Positions 16,362 to 25,430 of a DNA stretch of 64,000 bases are shown here, in pieces. The stretch comes from an uncultured Actinomycetota bacterium. Its GTDB lineage: Bacteria; Actinomycetota; Actinomycetes; Mycobacteriales; Mycobacteriaceae. Below the pieces are notes generated by a model. That model had not been told where the DNA came from. It was given only the letters and a program-made list of their open reading frames with translations, and did not search any database. A program made the position numbers and the translations under genes. Numbering within the stretch: the stretch's first letter is position 1; every line of letters begins with the position of its first letter. Location of the stretch: contig CAVRRV010000020.1 of NCBI GenBank assembly GCA_963723615.1, positions 8,884 to 72,883 on the forward strand. Reading direction: 5' to 3'.

Positions 16362-17177
16362 TCAGTGGTAGCGATTGCCGTCATAGACGATTTCGCCCGT
16401 GGGGCTGACGGTGACGGCTTGCGTTAAGACCTTGACCGTTCCCCGGACCACCACCATCGCCACCGGCACCAACACCGGCTGTTCACCGTCAGCCGTCCAA
16501 TAGGCGTACAGCCGCTCCCCCTTGAACGCTGGTTCATTGATCGGCGGTGTCTCGCCGTCGAATTCGGTCTCTCCTTCACCTGCCACCAGCTCGGGGTGAG
16601 CCATGAGGTGTTCGCCCATCGCGGCCATGTTGAAGGTCTCGGAAGTGACCAGCTGACTGCCGTCGCTTCTGTAGAAGAGGATTTGGCCGTCATCCTGGGC
16701 GACCGCGTGCGCGTTGCGTTCGAGCCATTCCGGCGGGACGTTCGCGCTCACCGACAACATTGCGTCGGTGATGTCCCACGCCGTCACGCCGAGACTCGCG
16801 AGGACCTCGGTGGCGAGGTCGCCGTCGGCCTGGGTGGGCGCGATTGTCTTCATGCCGTAGCTGTTGGCCTTCGCGATTGCTGGGCCGGTGAACCCGCTCG
16901 ACGACACGAGGATCAGCAAGTTGGTCGGTAGACGCTCATGCTTGGAGTGCATCTGCTCGACCCATCCCACACCCTGTTTGCGCTTGTGGTCGCGGCACTC
17001 GATGCCGATGTTGACGGTATGTCCGGCGAAGGTCCCCTCGGCGTAGATGTCGACCTCGCGTGGCTCGCCGGACACCAGGTCGGTGAGCATCTTCGATTCT
17101 TCGACGACGGCGTTGTCGCCCAGGAGCTGAGTCAGCATCCTGATCAGCTTCTGGAAGTCGTTGGTCCGCTTCGGCAT
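16362..17177 (-). CDS. PD-(D/E)xK restriction-endonuclease-like (Mrr_cat-type) protein with uncharacterised C-terminal half
   Basis: REVDI...IECRDHKRK and LVSSSGFTGPAIAKA motifs in the N-terminal 110 aa. Confidence 0.75.
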   Translation of the reverse strand: MPKRTNDFQKLIRMLTQLLGDNAVVEESKMLTDLVSGEPREVDIYAEGTFAGHTVNIGIECRDHKRKQGVGWVEQMHSKHERLPTNLLILVSSSGFTGPAIAKANSYGMKTIAPTQADGDLATEVLASLGVTAWDITDAMLSVSANVPPEWLERNAHAVAQDDGQILFYRSDGSQLVTSETFNMAAMGEHLMAHPELVAGEGETEFDGETPPINEPAFKGERLYAYWTADGEQPVLVPVAMVVVRGTVKVLTQAVTVSPTGEIVYDGNRYH

Positions 17178-17310
17178 ACCAGGTCACGATACGTCGGTGA
17201 TCGTAGCGCGCTACGACACCGCGTCCCGCGCTCAACCGACGTCGCCGGTTGGCGGCGCGCTGGCCTTCTTCCACAGGGTCACGGCACGCACGTGCAGCAT
17301 GACCGCCAGG

Positions 17311-17358
17311 TGGAGCTAAGGGGATTCGAACCCCTGCCCTTCTCGATGCGAACGAGTC
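17311..17358 (-). repeat. Partial tRNA-Ala(CGC) 3' copy (att site 1)
   Basis: 46/48 identity to 28648-28695. Confidence 0.95.
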
Positions 17359-17454
17359 AACTTGGGCGTTTGTAGTTATTGGCAGCGTTGGCCGCAACGT
17401 AAGACTGCACGTCACAAGGTTGGCGACGTTGGCGAGAAGAGACGGTTGTCGAAG

Positions 17455-17476
17455 CTACTGCGGACGCGCTGCGGAC
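17455..17476 (+). repeat. Putative integrase arm-type site pair CTACTGCGGAC-GCG-CTGCGGAC
   Basis: Same motif recurs at 21615 and 28562; about 97 bp from the att core. Confidence 0.7.
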
Positions 17477-17568
17477 TGGAAGGCACCTCGTTCGTCTGGA
17501 GAGAGACCACGTTCTCTTGATCGAGGTCATCCGGATCCACCACGAATTCCCCTGGTGGCCCTTGAGGT

Positions 17569-17934
17569 TCAGACCCTGACGTCGGGAATATCCGAAAGGT
17601 TGTGATGGGTCGCGCGAGGTCCCCCGCCTACGCTGCTCCCAGCGGTAACGACAAGGTTGGTCCCCACCTTGTAGGGAGGTCCGGTGATCGGTTGGACAAA
17701 CGCGGAGTACACGCCTGGCGGCTCATCATAGAGGTACTGCAGGCTATATGGGCTGTCGGACCATGAAGTAGGCGCGACAGTAAGTTGGGGCGCAAACACG
17801 TTGACGCACTCCGACGTCACAGGCGTCACGAACAGGCTCACAGTGATATCTTGGTCGGTCTCGTTGGAGAGGGTGAACTCGATGCCATCGACTGTTCCGA
17901 TCGCAGCCACAAGCATCCCAGGAGGGTCGGACAT
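17569..17934 (-). CDS. Hypothetical beta-rich protein (121 aa)
   Basis: GAAGGAG RBS before ATG 17934; alternating hydrophobic/Thr/Ser pattern; no family recognised. Confidence 0.6.
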   Translation of the reverse strand: MSDPPGMLVAAIGTVDGIEFTLSNETDQDITVSLFVTPVTSECVNVFAPQLTVAPTSWSDSPYSLQYLYDEPPGVYSAFVQPITGPPYKVGTNLVVTAGSSVGGGPRATHHNLSDIPDVRV

Positions 17935-18133
17935 ATCGCTACTCCTTCGATTCGATAACTCGGTCTTGGATTTTCAACGGTCCCGTCGAATTTTGGGGGC
18001 CGCTGGTTACCGTTCAATGGTCAGCGGTAAGAGGCGCAACTGACGCGAGTAGTTGACTACTCGAGTTTTGCGACGTTCACCCGCGCGCCCGAAGGGCGCT
18101 GCGTCGCGATCGGATCGGGGTCACAATTGGACC

Positions 18134-21100
18134 GTGAGCGCACAGCCCACAATCGACGAGCTACTCGACCAGGCGGTTCGCGCTCTCAACCGGGGTGACC
18201 GCCCGACGGCAGACGCGCTAGCAGGCCAGGTGCTACAGGTGGACCGCGGCAACGCCGACGCCGAGGAGTTGCTCGCGGCTCTCACGGACAGCGGCGAGAT
18301 CAGGCGGATGACGATCATATTCGCCGACCTGGTGGATTCGACGGCGCTGTCAACCCGGCTTGAACCGGAGGTCTATCGCACTGTCGTGGGCCGCTACCGC
18401 GACGAAGTGCTGCGAATCGTCGACCGCTACGAAGGTCACGTCGCGTCAACAAAGGGCGACGGGCTATTGGCGGTGTTCGGGCACCCCAAAGCCCACGAGA
18501 ACGACGCGCGCCGCGCGGTGCTGGCGGGACTCGACATCACCCGCGAGGTCAGCACGCTCAGCGAGCGCGTGCGAACACGCTTCGGATTCGACATCAGCGT
18601 CCGAGTCGGCATCCACCGTGGACTTGTCTACCTCGATACAGTCCAAGATGACGTCTATGGATTCGCGGCCAACCTGGCCGCACGGATGTGTAGCCTGGCC
18701 GAGCCCGGAACCGTCGCCGTCTCGAAAACGATTGAACGGCTGGTCAGCAATGCATTCGAACTAGACGCCCTGCCGGCGAAAGCGGTGAAGGGCGTGGACG
18801 GTTTGATCGTCCACTATCGCGCAGTTGCCGAACGCGACATCACAAAGAGCGTGGGTGGACCGCTGGTCGGTCGCGAGCGTGAGGTCGCGTACCTCCAAAG
18901 AAGCTGGGCCGAGGCGACGGCCGGCACGCTGGCGACACGCGGAATCGCATATCGGGGCGAGGGTGGCATAGGCAAGACTCGCCTGGCCCACGCGGCGGTC
19001 GACATTGCTCAGGAGACAGGCGCTCCCGTGCTGGGGTTGTTCGGATCGCCGTTTCACACCGATGTGGGTTTGCGCCCGGTACGGCGGCTGCTGGAACGCC
19101 AGTGCGGAATCAGGCGCGACTCCGATCCGGCGGACCGCCTTCGGAGGCTGCAGGCCGAGGCCATGCAGCGCTCATTGGATCCGGCCGCCGTGGTCCCGCT
19201 GTTGGCGCCCGTCCTCGGCATCGGTCCGGAAAGCGGCTACGAACCCGTCCGCGCCGCTGGCGACAAGCTGTATGAACAGATCGCCAAGGGCATCCATGAT
19301 TACCTGCTGGCGTGTCTCGGAAGCGGACCCGGGCTGGTGCTGGTCGAAGACATGCACTGGTTCGACGAAGACACTATTGAGGTAGTCCAGGCGCTTCTGC
19401 GCGAAGACCTTGGCCGACTGCTCGTCGTCATCACCGGACGCCAGCTCCCATCGTTGGCCGGCAATACACAGGTACTCGAGTTGAAGCCCCTCTGCGACAC
19501 CGAAGCTGACGAGCTCATAATCGCCCTGCATCCTGGGATCGACCCCGAGGCACGAAGGGCGGTGCGACGGCGCTGCGATGGCATGCCCCTCTACATCGAG
19601 GAGGTCGTGGCCAAGCTCAAAGAGCAACCCTCCGATTCGGGGGAATCCGCCGAGGTGCCCGACACGCTGTATGAAATGTTGCTCGCGCGACTGCGATCGA
19701 GCACGAACGCGCTTCTCGTTGTTGAGGCGGCCGCGCTGATCGGCAGCGTCGTCGATGGACGGCTGCTGTCGTCGGTCGTCGGCTTAGACAAGCGTGACGT
19801 CGACGACGTGCTCCAACAACTCACACGCAGCCGCGTGCTCCAGCCGGTGCGTACAGATAGCTGGCGCTTCCACCATGAACTTCTGCGCGAGGTCGCCGCG
19901 GAGCTCTCGCCGCCTAGCCTTCGCCACAGGCTGCACAGCCGCATCGGAGACGCTCTCGTCGCCACGGCGGCCGACGGGACCCCTGAATGGCCGCTCGTCG
20001 CGCACCACTACGAAAAGGCTGAGCGTTTCGACGAGGCAGCTGCGGCCTATCAAAAAGCGTCAGCCAATGCCCGGCAGCGCGGGGCACTCGGCGAAGCGCG
20101 CAACCACCTCACCCGCGCCCTAAAGGACATCGAGCGACTCGCACCAAGTCCGTCGCGTGATCATCGCGAGGTGGCCGTTCGCCTGGAGCGCGGGTTCCTC
20201 GCCTCGGCGGCGACCGGCCACGCAAGCACGAAGGCCGCCGCTGAATTCGAGCGATGCCTGCAGCTCATCGGAGATGAGCCGAGTCTGGAGCTGTACGCGA
20301 CTTTCAGTGCCCTCTGGAGCTACTACGCCACACGTGGCGACCTCCGCCGAGCGACGCAGGTGATGGAGGCGCTGAGGATGAGGCTCGAGGACATGCCGGA
20401 CTGGTACCGCGCGGCTAATGATGCGGCAATCGGCTCGTTGGCAGTGTTCCGCGGCGAATTCCACGCCGCCCGGGCCACGCTGGAGGCAGCCGTGGCTGCA
20501 GTCGATGATCTCGGCTCACCCGAAATCGAAGGAGCCTGGTTCGCGCCCAATGACCCAATCGGGGGGATGTACACGTTTGTCGCGTTCGCCCGGTTCGTTC
20601 AGGGAGATCTGGCCGGCGCAGAGGCCGCCTTCGCGCAGATGGAAAGCCGGTGCGAAAAGCTGCGCTTTCCCCATGGCGCGTTCACTCTTTGTTACGGCCG
20701 AACGATAGAGGCGTTGGTGCGCACCGAAGCCGGCCAACACGACCGCGCGATCGAGCTCCTTGTTGAGGTCGCCGACCGGGGCCACCGGTATGGCTTTGAT
20801 GAATGGGTCATGGTTGCGGCCAGCGGGGAGGCCGCCGCACGTGCGGTCGCCTCGGTGGCCGCCGGCGAGACCGACTCCGCTACTCTGCAATCTCATATCC
20901 AAACCATGACTGCAGTCGTTGAGGCGTGGCGCGCAGCCGACATGAAGGCGTTCCTCGGGTGGTACGACGGTGCATTGGTGCGGGTACTCACGGCCGCCGG
21001 AATGAACGACGCGGCGCTCGAACGGGTTGAGCTCGCGAGACAGATGGCCGATGAGACGGGTTGGCGCTTCTACGACGCTGAGTTGCTGCGCTTGCGGGCT

Positions 21101-21319
21101 CACACATCTGACGACCCGGATGCCCGGCACGCGGATCTTCGGGCGGCCATCGAGCTGGCCCAAACGCAAGGTGCCCTTATCTACGAATTGCGGGCTGCTG
21201 CAGACGATTTCGAACTGATTGGAGAGCCCGCGCGGGCCGCACTGATGGACGCGCTCAGCCGATTTCCATCTGCGCAAACCTGGCCTGAGCTGGCGCGCGT
21301 GCGTGCGCTACTGGGGTGA
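18134..21319 (+). CDS. Class III nucleotide cyclase - STAND/AAA ATPase - TPR-like protein
   Basis: FADLVDST, KGDG, RVGIHRG, DVYGFAANLAARM cyclase motifs; Walker A GEGGIGKT; Walker B LVEDMHW; helical repeats at the C-terminus; GTG 18134 is the likely start. Confidence 0.92.
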   Translation: MSAQPTIDELLDQAVRALNRGDRPTADALAGQVLQVDRGNADAEELLAALTDSGEIRRMTIIFADLVDSTALSTRLEPEVYRTVVGRYRDEVLRIVDRYEGHVASTKGDGLLAVFGHPKAHENDARRAVLAGLDITREVSTLSERVRTRFGFDISVRVGIHRGLVYLDTVQDDVYGFAANLAARMCSLAEPGTVAVSKTIERLVSNAFELDALPAKAVKGVDGLIVHYRAVAERDITKSVGGPLVGREREVAYLQRSWAEATAGTLATRGIAYRGEGGIGKTRLAHAAVDIAQETGAPVLGLFGSPFHTDVGLRPVRRLLERQCGIRRDSDPADRLRRLQAEAMQRSLDPAAVVPLLAPVLGIGPESGYEPVRAAGDKLYEQIAKGIHDYLLACLGSGPGLVLVEDMHWFDEDTIEVVQALLREDLGRLLVVITGRQLPSLAGNTQVLELKPLCDTEADELIIALHPGIDPEARRAVRRRCDGMPLYIEEVVAKLKEQPSDSGESAEVPDTLYEMLLARLRSSTNALLVVEAAALIGSVVDGRLLSSVVGLDKRDVDDVLQQLTRSRVLQPVRTDSWRFHHELLREVAAELSPPSLRHRLHSRIGDALVATAADGTPEWPLVAHHYEKAERFDEAAAAYQKASANARQRGALGEARNHLTRALKDIERLAPSPSRDHREVAVRLERGFLASAATGHASTKAAAEFERCLQLIGDEPSLELYATFSALWSYYATRGDLRRATQVMEALRMRLEDMPDWYRAANDAAIGSLAVFRGEFHAARATLEAAVAAVDDLGSPEIEGAWFAPNDPIGGMYTFVAFARFVQGDLAGAEAAFAQMESRCEKLRFPHGAFTLCYGRTIEALVRTEAGQHDRAIELLVEVADRGHRYGFDEWVMVAASGEAAARAVASVAAGETDSATLQSHIQTMTAVVEAWRAADMKAFLGWYDGALVRVLTAAGMNDAALERVELARQMADETGWRFYDAELLRLRAHTSDDPDARHADLRAAIELAQTQGALIYELRAAADDFELIGEPARAALMDALSRFPSAQTWPELARVRALLG

Positions 21320-21470
21320 GGCGGTTGCGCGGAAGGGTGGCCAACCTCGATGGCGTGTTCGCCGGCGCTGGCGTTTCGATGAGGTGGGGTGGTCTGATTT
21401 TTTTGACGGGGGGACTGGAGGTGCCTCGTCAATCCCTAGAGGGAAACTCCCATCGCGGGCTTTTCACCGG

Positions 21471-21518
21471 TGGAGCTAAGGGGATTCGAACCCCTGACCT
21501 ACTCGATGCGAACGAGAC
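21471..21518 (-). repeat. Partial tRNA-Ala(CGC) 3' copy (att site 2)
   Basis: 47/48 identity to 28648-28695. Confidence 0.95.
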
Positions 21519-21614
21519 AGCATGGGCGTTTGGGCCGGCGGACTGCGTTGGCAGCGTCGGAAAAGCACGGGTCACAGCGTTGAAGCGGTTGGGTGGTTAA
21601 GCCCGTCGTCGAAA

Positions 21615-21636
21615 CTACTGCGGATTGACTGCGGAC
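21615..21636 (+). repeat. Putative integrase arm-type site pair CTACTGCGGAT-TGA-CTGCGGAC
   Basis: About 97 bp right of att copy 2, the same spacing as at att copy 1. Confidence 0.7.
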
Positions 21637-21705
21637 GGGACTCGAAGCTGATCGGGAGGCCATGGGTCCCAGCGCGGCGAGGTTTCGGACAGCCGATCCA
21701 CGCTG

Positions 21706-22353
21706 CTAAGACCGCCCCGCCTGTCCGGGGAGTGCGGTGGAAATGTCGGCAACGGCCAACAGCAGCCCAGCGACAATGTCAGCGAGGTGCTCACGGGTAG
21801 TGTCGAAGTCGCCACGCAGCCAGCCAGCGATAACCTCCATAGCACCGCTGACCAGGGCAAACGCAGCGAGGTCGGTGTCGAGCTGGCTGGCTGCGGCAGG
21901 ACCGAGTGGATCCCTGATCATCGCGGCCATGGCGTTGGATATCGCGCGTGTGCTGTCCACGCGGGCGTGCTGTAAAACCTCGGAGGTGTGGGAGCGCAGG
22001 AGCAACTGGCCACGACGCGGGTCAGCGGTGAGGAATTCAAGTGCGGCATCGGCGGTGGCGCGGACTTGCGCGCGTATGTCGGGCACTGCGCTACTCGTCG
22101 CAGCCTTAACCGCCTGCAACCCCTCGGCGGTAAGGTCACGCACGATCGCTTCGATCAATGCATCCGAATCGGTGAAATGCTCGTAAAAGTAGCGGTCATT
22201 GAGCCGGGCCCGCGCGCACACCGCGCGTTTCGACACTGCTCGTGCGCCGTCCTCTGCGAATAGATCGAGAGCTGCATCGATCAGCGCGACTCGGCGGGTG
22301 GCGCGACGTTCGTCGGCCGTCACGCCACCGTAAGAGCGCGTCGCGATTGCCAT
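21706..22353 (-). CDS. TetR-family regulator
   Basis: RSYGGVTADERRATRRVALIDAALDLF...LNDRYFYEHF; likely ATG at 22353. Confidence 0.9.
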   Translation of the reverse strand: MAIATRSYGGVTADERRATRRVALIDAALDLFAEDGARAVSKRAVCARARLNDRYFYEHFTDSDALIEAIVRDLTAEGLQAVKAATSSAVPDIRAQVRATADAALEFLTADPRRGQLLLRSHTSEVLQHARVDSTRAISNAMAAMIRDPLGPAAASQLDTDLAAFALVSGAMEVIAGWLRGDFDTTREHLADIVAGLLLAVADISTALPGQAGRS

Positions 22354-22393
22354 CAACGGCATTGTGCCTGACACCCCCTTGACCATTCGAGAT

Positions 22394-22445
22394 TTCTGGT
22401 GCAGTCTGACACCACAATAGCTTCTGGTGCAGCCATGCACCAGAA
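22394..22445. promoter_or_regulatory. Two tandem 24-bp palindromic operators between the divergent TetR and oxygenase genes
   Basis: TTCTGGTG-N8-CACCACAA (22394-22417) and TTCTGGTGCA-GCCA-TGCACCAGAA (22422-22445, perfect 10-bp arms). Confidence 0.7.
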
Positions 22446-22466
22446 TTATCTGACAGAAGGATCACC

Positions 22467-23432
22467 ATGTCGGTCCAATCCCTGGACAGGTCGATCGACC
22501 CTCCGCACACGCCGACCGAATCCATATGCACTTCAGTCGAATTTGTCGCAGACCGATTCGAGCGCGTGATGGGATCGCGGTTCCTCGTTCTGTTCGCGCC
22601 TGCCCTCTTCGACGAGATGATGCTGCCAGCGGTGTCGGCGGCACTGGTTGATACGGGCCGGATAAAGAACGACCCCCTCGGGCGCGCGCGACGCACGGCT
22701 GCATCCGATCAACTCACGTTTATGGCCAAGCACGAGGACCGCCGCGAGGAGATGCAGCGGCTGGTGCGGCTGCACCGCGACATCAAAGGCGTTGGACCCG
22801 ACGGGGTTCGCTATAGCGCACTAACCCCCGAGCCTTGGAACTGGAACTTGATCAGTATCTTCTTCATGCATCGTGGTGCTTTCATCGCTCTCAGCGGCGA
22901 AGACCTCAGCGTCGCGGGCAACCAGGCGATCTGGGACCGCTTTCGTGCGCTGACTAAAGACTTGCAGATGCCCGGCCGCGCACGACAACTCCCGGATAGC
23001 TACGAGGAGCTGTGCGCGTACTACGAGAAGATGGCGGTCGAGAAACTCAAACACACCGCGAGCCTTGACACCGTCATGGACGCCACGCTCCGGCCGCGAC
23101 GGCCTGAGTACATGCCTGTTGTCACGGCGCCGCTGTGGAGGCTGCTGGGACCGATCGGCGGACACATTGTGGCGGTCTTGGGTTTCGGCATCATGCACCC
23201 CCGTGTGCGGTCGTTGGTCCCGATGCGCTGGACGCGCCGACATGCCTTGGAGTTCGCCGTGATGACCAGGCTGCTTCGTATTGCTTACCGTTGGTTACCC
23301 CATCGACTCACCGACACGCCCTTGGCGCGCAATGGGTGCGAGTACGAGCGAATCGTCGCCCACTACAAAGGAAGCGGACTGACATCGTTCGCGCCTGGTG
23401 CCACTCAAACGTGTGCTGAGGCCGATGCGTGA
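22467..23432 (+). CDS. Oxygenase MpaB/DUF2236 (Lcp-like) family protein
   Basis: DPLGRARRT, LVRLHRDIKG...RYSALTPE motifs typical of DUF2236. Confidence 0.8.
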   Translation: MSVQSLDRSIDPPHTPTESICTSVEFVADRFERVMGSRFLVLFAPALFDEMMLPAVSAALVDTGRIKNDPLGRARRTAASDQLTFMAKHEDRREEMQRLVRLHRDIKGVGPDGVRYSALTPEPWNWNLISIFFMHRGAFIALSGEDLSVAGNQAIWDRFRALTKDLQMPGRARQLPDSYEELCAYYEKMAVEKLKHTASLDTVMDATLRPRRPEYMPVVTAPLWRLLGPIGGHIVAVLGFGIMHPRVRSLVPMRWTRRHALEFAVMTRLLRIAYRWLPHRLTDTPLARNGCEYERIVAHYKGSGLTSFAPGATQTCAEADA

Positions 23433-23506
23433 TCATGAGCGACCGCACCCGTCCCTACTACCTCCAGGTCGCCGACGAGGAACGAATCATTTGTCAGGAG
23501 TGATCA

Positions 23507-24643
23507 GTGACCACTGAACAAACCACAGCGGCGACCAGACGCGCGGACACGGCGCCGAACCGCTCATCAGCAGGCACGATATGGGCTTGGCTTTTCGCTG
23601 TCCTCGGTATCAGCGCCGTCGTCGCTATCGCATGGAATGCACGCGACTACCCCGACGCGCGGATCGGAAATCCGAACGTGACCGGGGCGCCGCGTCCGGT
23701 CGAGCCACTTTTCGGTTACACCCACTGGCTCGGGACGCTGCAAGTCTTTACGATCATCGCGGTCATCGGCCTCATCGCGGCTTTCGTGTGGGGTTGGCGT
23801 CGTTATGGCCCCCACCCTTACCTGCTCATGGGTCTGGTGACCACCATCATCGTCTGGCAGGACCCGATCATGAATTGGGCGCCATACGCCGTGTACAACC
23901 CCCGGCTGTGGCACTGGCCGGAGTCCTGGCCGCTGGTGTCGCTCTCGCCCACGATCGAACCGTTTGTCGTCATCGGCTATGTGATGTTCCAGTTCGGCCC
24001 GTACTTTCCGGCAGCCTGGGTCCTGCGAAAAATCCAGGCTCGTCGGCCCGTTGATGCGTTCGTGTGGCGCCATCCGCTGAGCAGTCTTGGCGTACTGATA
24101 TTGGTCTTCGGATTCATCATCGACATGATTCTTGAGGTCACGCTGGTGCGCACTGGTATGTACATCTACGCGCAGGTGATCCCGTTCGGATCAATCTTCG
24201 TCGGCACACCGCACCAGTTTCCGTTGCTGTGGGAATCCGTATTGGTCACAGTGGTGATGATTCCGGCGGGGATTCTGGTCTATCGCGACGACACAGGCCG
24301 CACGGTTTCTGAGAAATTGGCCCAACGCGCCCGCATCTTGCGCAGCCGGCCGGCACTGGGCTCGTTTCTGGTCATGCTCGCCATCATTAACGTGGCGTAC
24401 TTGATGTACGGCGCCGCGTTCACGGCCATCAAGTGGTCGAAGGCAGCAACGTCAGTTGCTTGCCCCTGGCCGTATCCGGACGCCAAGGTCTTTGATCCTC
24501 AGGGCTTTTACGAGAAGAACGGCCAAAAGGGCCCGTATTCCGTCGGAATCATGTCCACCTGGATGAGCGGCCAGCCCAACGGGCGTCCGACTGTGCAACT
24601 CGGATCCGTGAGCCAACGTTGCGCGCCGGGCAGCAATGGGTGA
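23507..24643 (+). CDS. AveC-like (spirocyclase family) polytopic membrane protein
   Basis: WQDPIMNWAPYAVYNPRLWHWP, YIYAQVIP, HQFPLLWES motifs; multiple transmembrane segments. Confidence 0.75.
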   Translation: MTTEQTTAATRRADTAPNRSSAGTIWAWLFAVLGISAVVAIAWNARDYPDARIGNPNVTGAPRPVEPLFGYTHWLGTLQVFTIIAVIGLIAAFVWGWRRYGPHPYLLMGLVTTIIVWQDPIMNWAPYAVYNPRLWHWPESWPLVSLSPTIEPFVVIGYVMFQFGPYFPAAWVLRKIQARRPVDAFVWRHPLSSLGVLILVFGFIIDMILEVTLVRTGMYIYAQVIPFGSIFVGTPHQFPLLWESVLVTVVMIPAGILVYRDDTGRTVSEKLAQRARILRSRPALGSFLVMLAIINVAYLMYGAAFTAIKWSKAATSVACPWPYPDAKVFDPQGFYEKNGQKGPYSVGIMSTWMSGQPNGRPTVQLGSVSQRCAPGSNG

Positions 24644-24762
24644 GCCGCGCGGATACGAACCCACATCCAAATTTTCGGGCCTTCGAGCGGCACCTGGAAT
24701 GGAAGTCCGAGCAACTGGTAACCAATTTCATTCACATCCGATGGACTAACGGAGGTTCCTTG

Positions 24763-25179
24763 ATGCCTGACCCTGTCGAAGTTGTTCGCCAGTTCTGCGC
24801 ACTGATGGAGAAGCGCGATCCCGAGGCGTTGCGTCCGTTCCTCGCTAGCGGCGCGGTCTACCAGAACGTCGGGATGCCGGCGTTTACAGGTGTTGAGGCG
24901 ATCTTGGAGAACATGGGGGCGCAGTTTTCGATGTTTCCGGATGCCTACGCGTTTGAGATCTTGAACATCGCCAGCGAAGGCTCTGTGGTTCTGACCGAAC
25001 GGCTTGACTACATCCAAGCCCCTGACGGCACGAAGCCCGCCGTTCCCGTCATGGGGACTTTTGTGCTCGATGAGAGCGGGAAGATCACTCGCTGGACTGA
25101 CTATTTCGACGTGTCTTTGACGGTCAAGCTTCTGCAAGGCGAGGACATTAGCGCATTGGTGCCCGCGGCCTCGACCTAG
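24763..25179 (+). CDS. Limonene-1,2-epoxide hydrolase family protein
   Basis: VYQNVG (Tyr/Asn), TERLDY (Arg/Asp) and WTDYFD (Asp) catalytic positions; GGAGG RBS. Confidence 0.85.
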   Translation: MPDPVEVVRQFCALMEKRDPEALRPFLASGAVYQNVGMPAFTGVEAILENMGAQFSMFPDAYAFEILNIASEGSVVLTERLDYIQAPDGTKPAVPVMGTFVLDESGKITRWTDYFDVSLTVKLLQGEDISALVPAAST

Positions 25180-25307
25180 GCTGCGGTGCCCTCCAGTTGG
25201 GTGGCGCCGTGGCGATTTCAGGTAAGCAGTCTGCGGCCATCTGCTGATTCACGCCCGAACCCCCTAATTATCACGACTGGCACCGCAAGCTGACGTGCTT
25301 TCAGGCG

Positions 25308-25421
25308 TTAGGTGAGCGGCTCAAGTACCCGATAGACGGTTGCCCGGCTGACGCCAAGGGTGGTCGCTATAGTGCTGGCCGACTCGCCGCTGGCGTGCAT
25401 CCGCTGCGCCAGAGCGGCTTT
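25308..25421 (-). pseudogene. C-terminal HTH remnant of a serine resolvase/invertase
   Basis: KAALAQRMHASGESASTIATTLGVSRATVYRVLEPLT*; classic LGVSRATVYR resolvase HTH; 5' part missing. Confidence 0.8.
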
Positions 25422-25430
25422 CGCCGTGTA

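Larger units (their letters stand above)
17359..21470. mobile_element. Degenerate tRNA-integrated islet C (cyclase-STAND cargo)
   Basis: Bounded by att copies at 17311 and 21471; attP-like flank with arm repeat at its left end; no intact integrase. Confidence 0.7.
21517..25430. mobile_element. Degenerate tRNA-integrated islet B (TetR, MpaB-type oxygenase, AveC-like protein, epoxide hydrolase, resolvase remnant)
   Basis: Bounded by att copies at 21471 and 25431; arm repeat at 21615; resolvase tail at its right end. Confidence 0.72.

Noticed and set aside
21320-21470. Possible integrase C-terminal remnant (VANLDGVFAGAGVS) left of att copy 2
   Set aside because: No catalytic motif or CTGCGGAC arm repeat; the resemblance is too weak to call.
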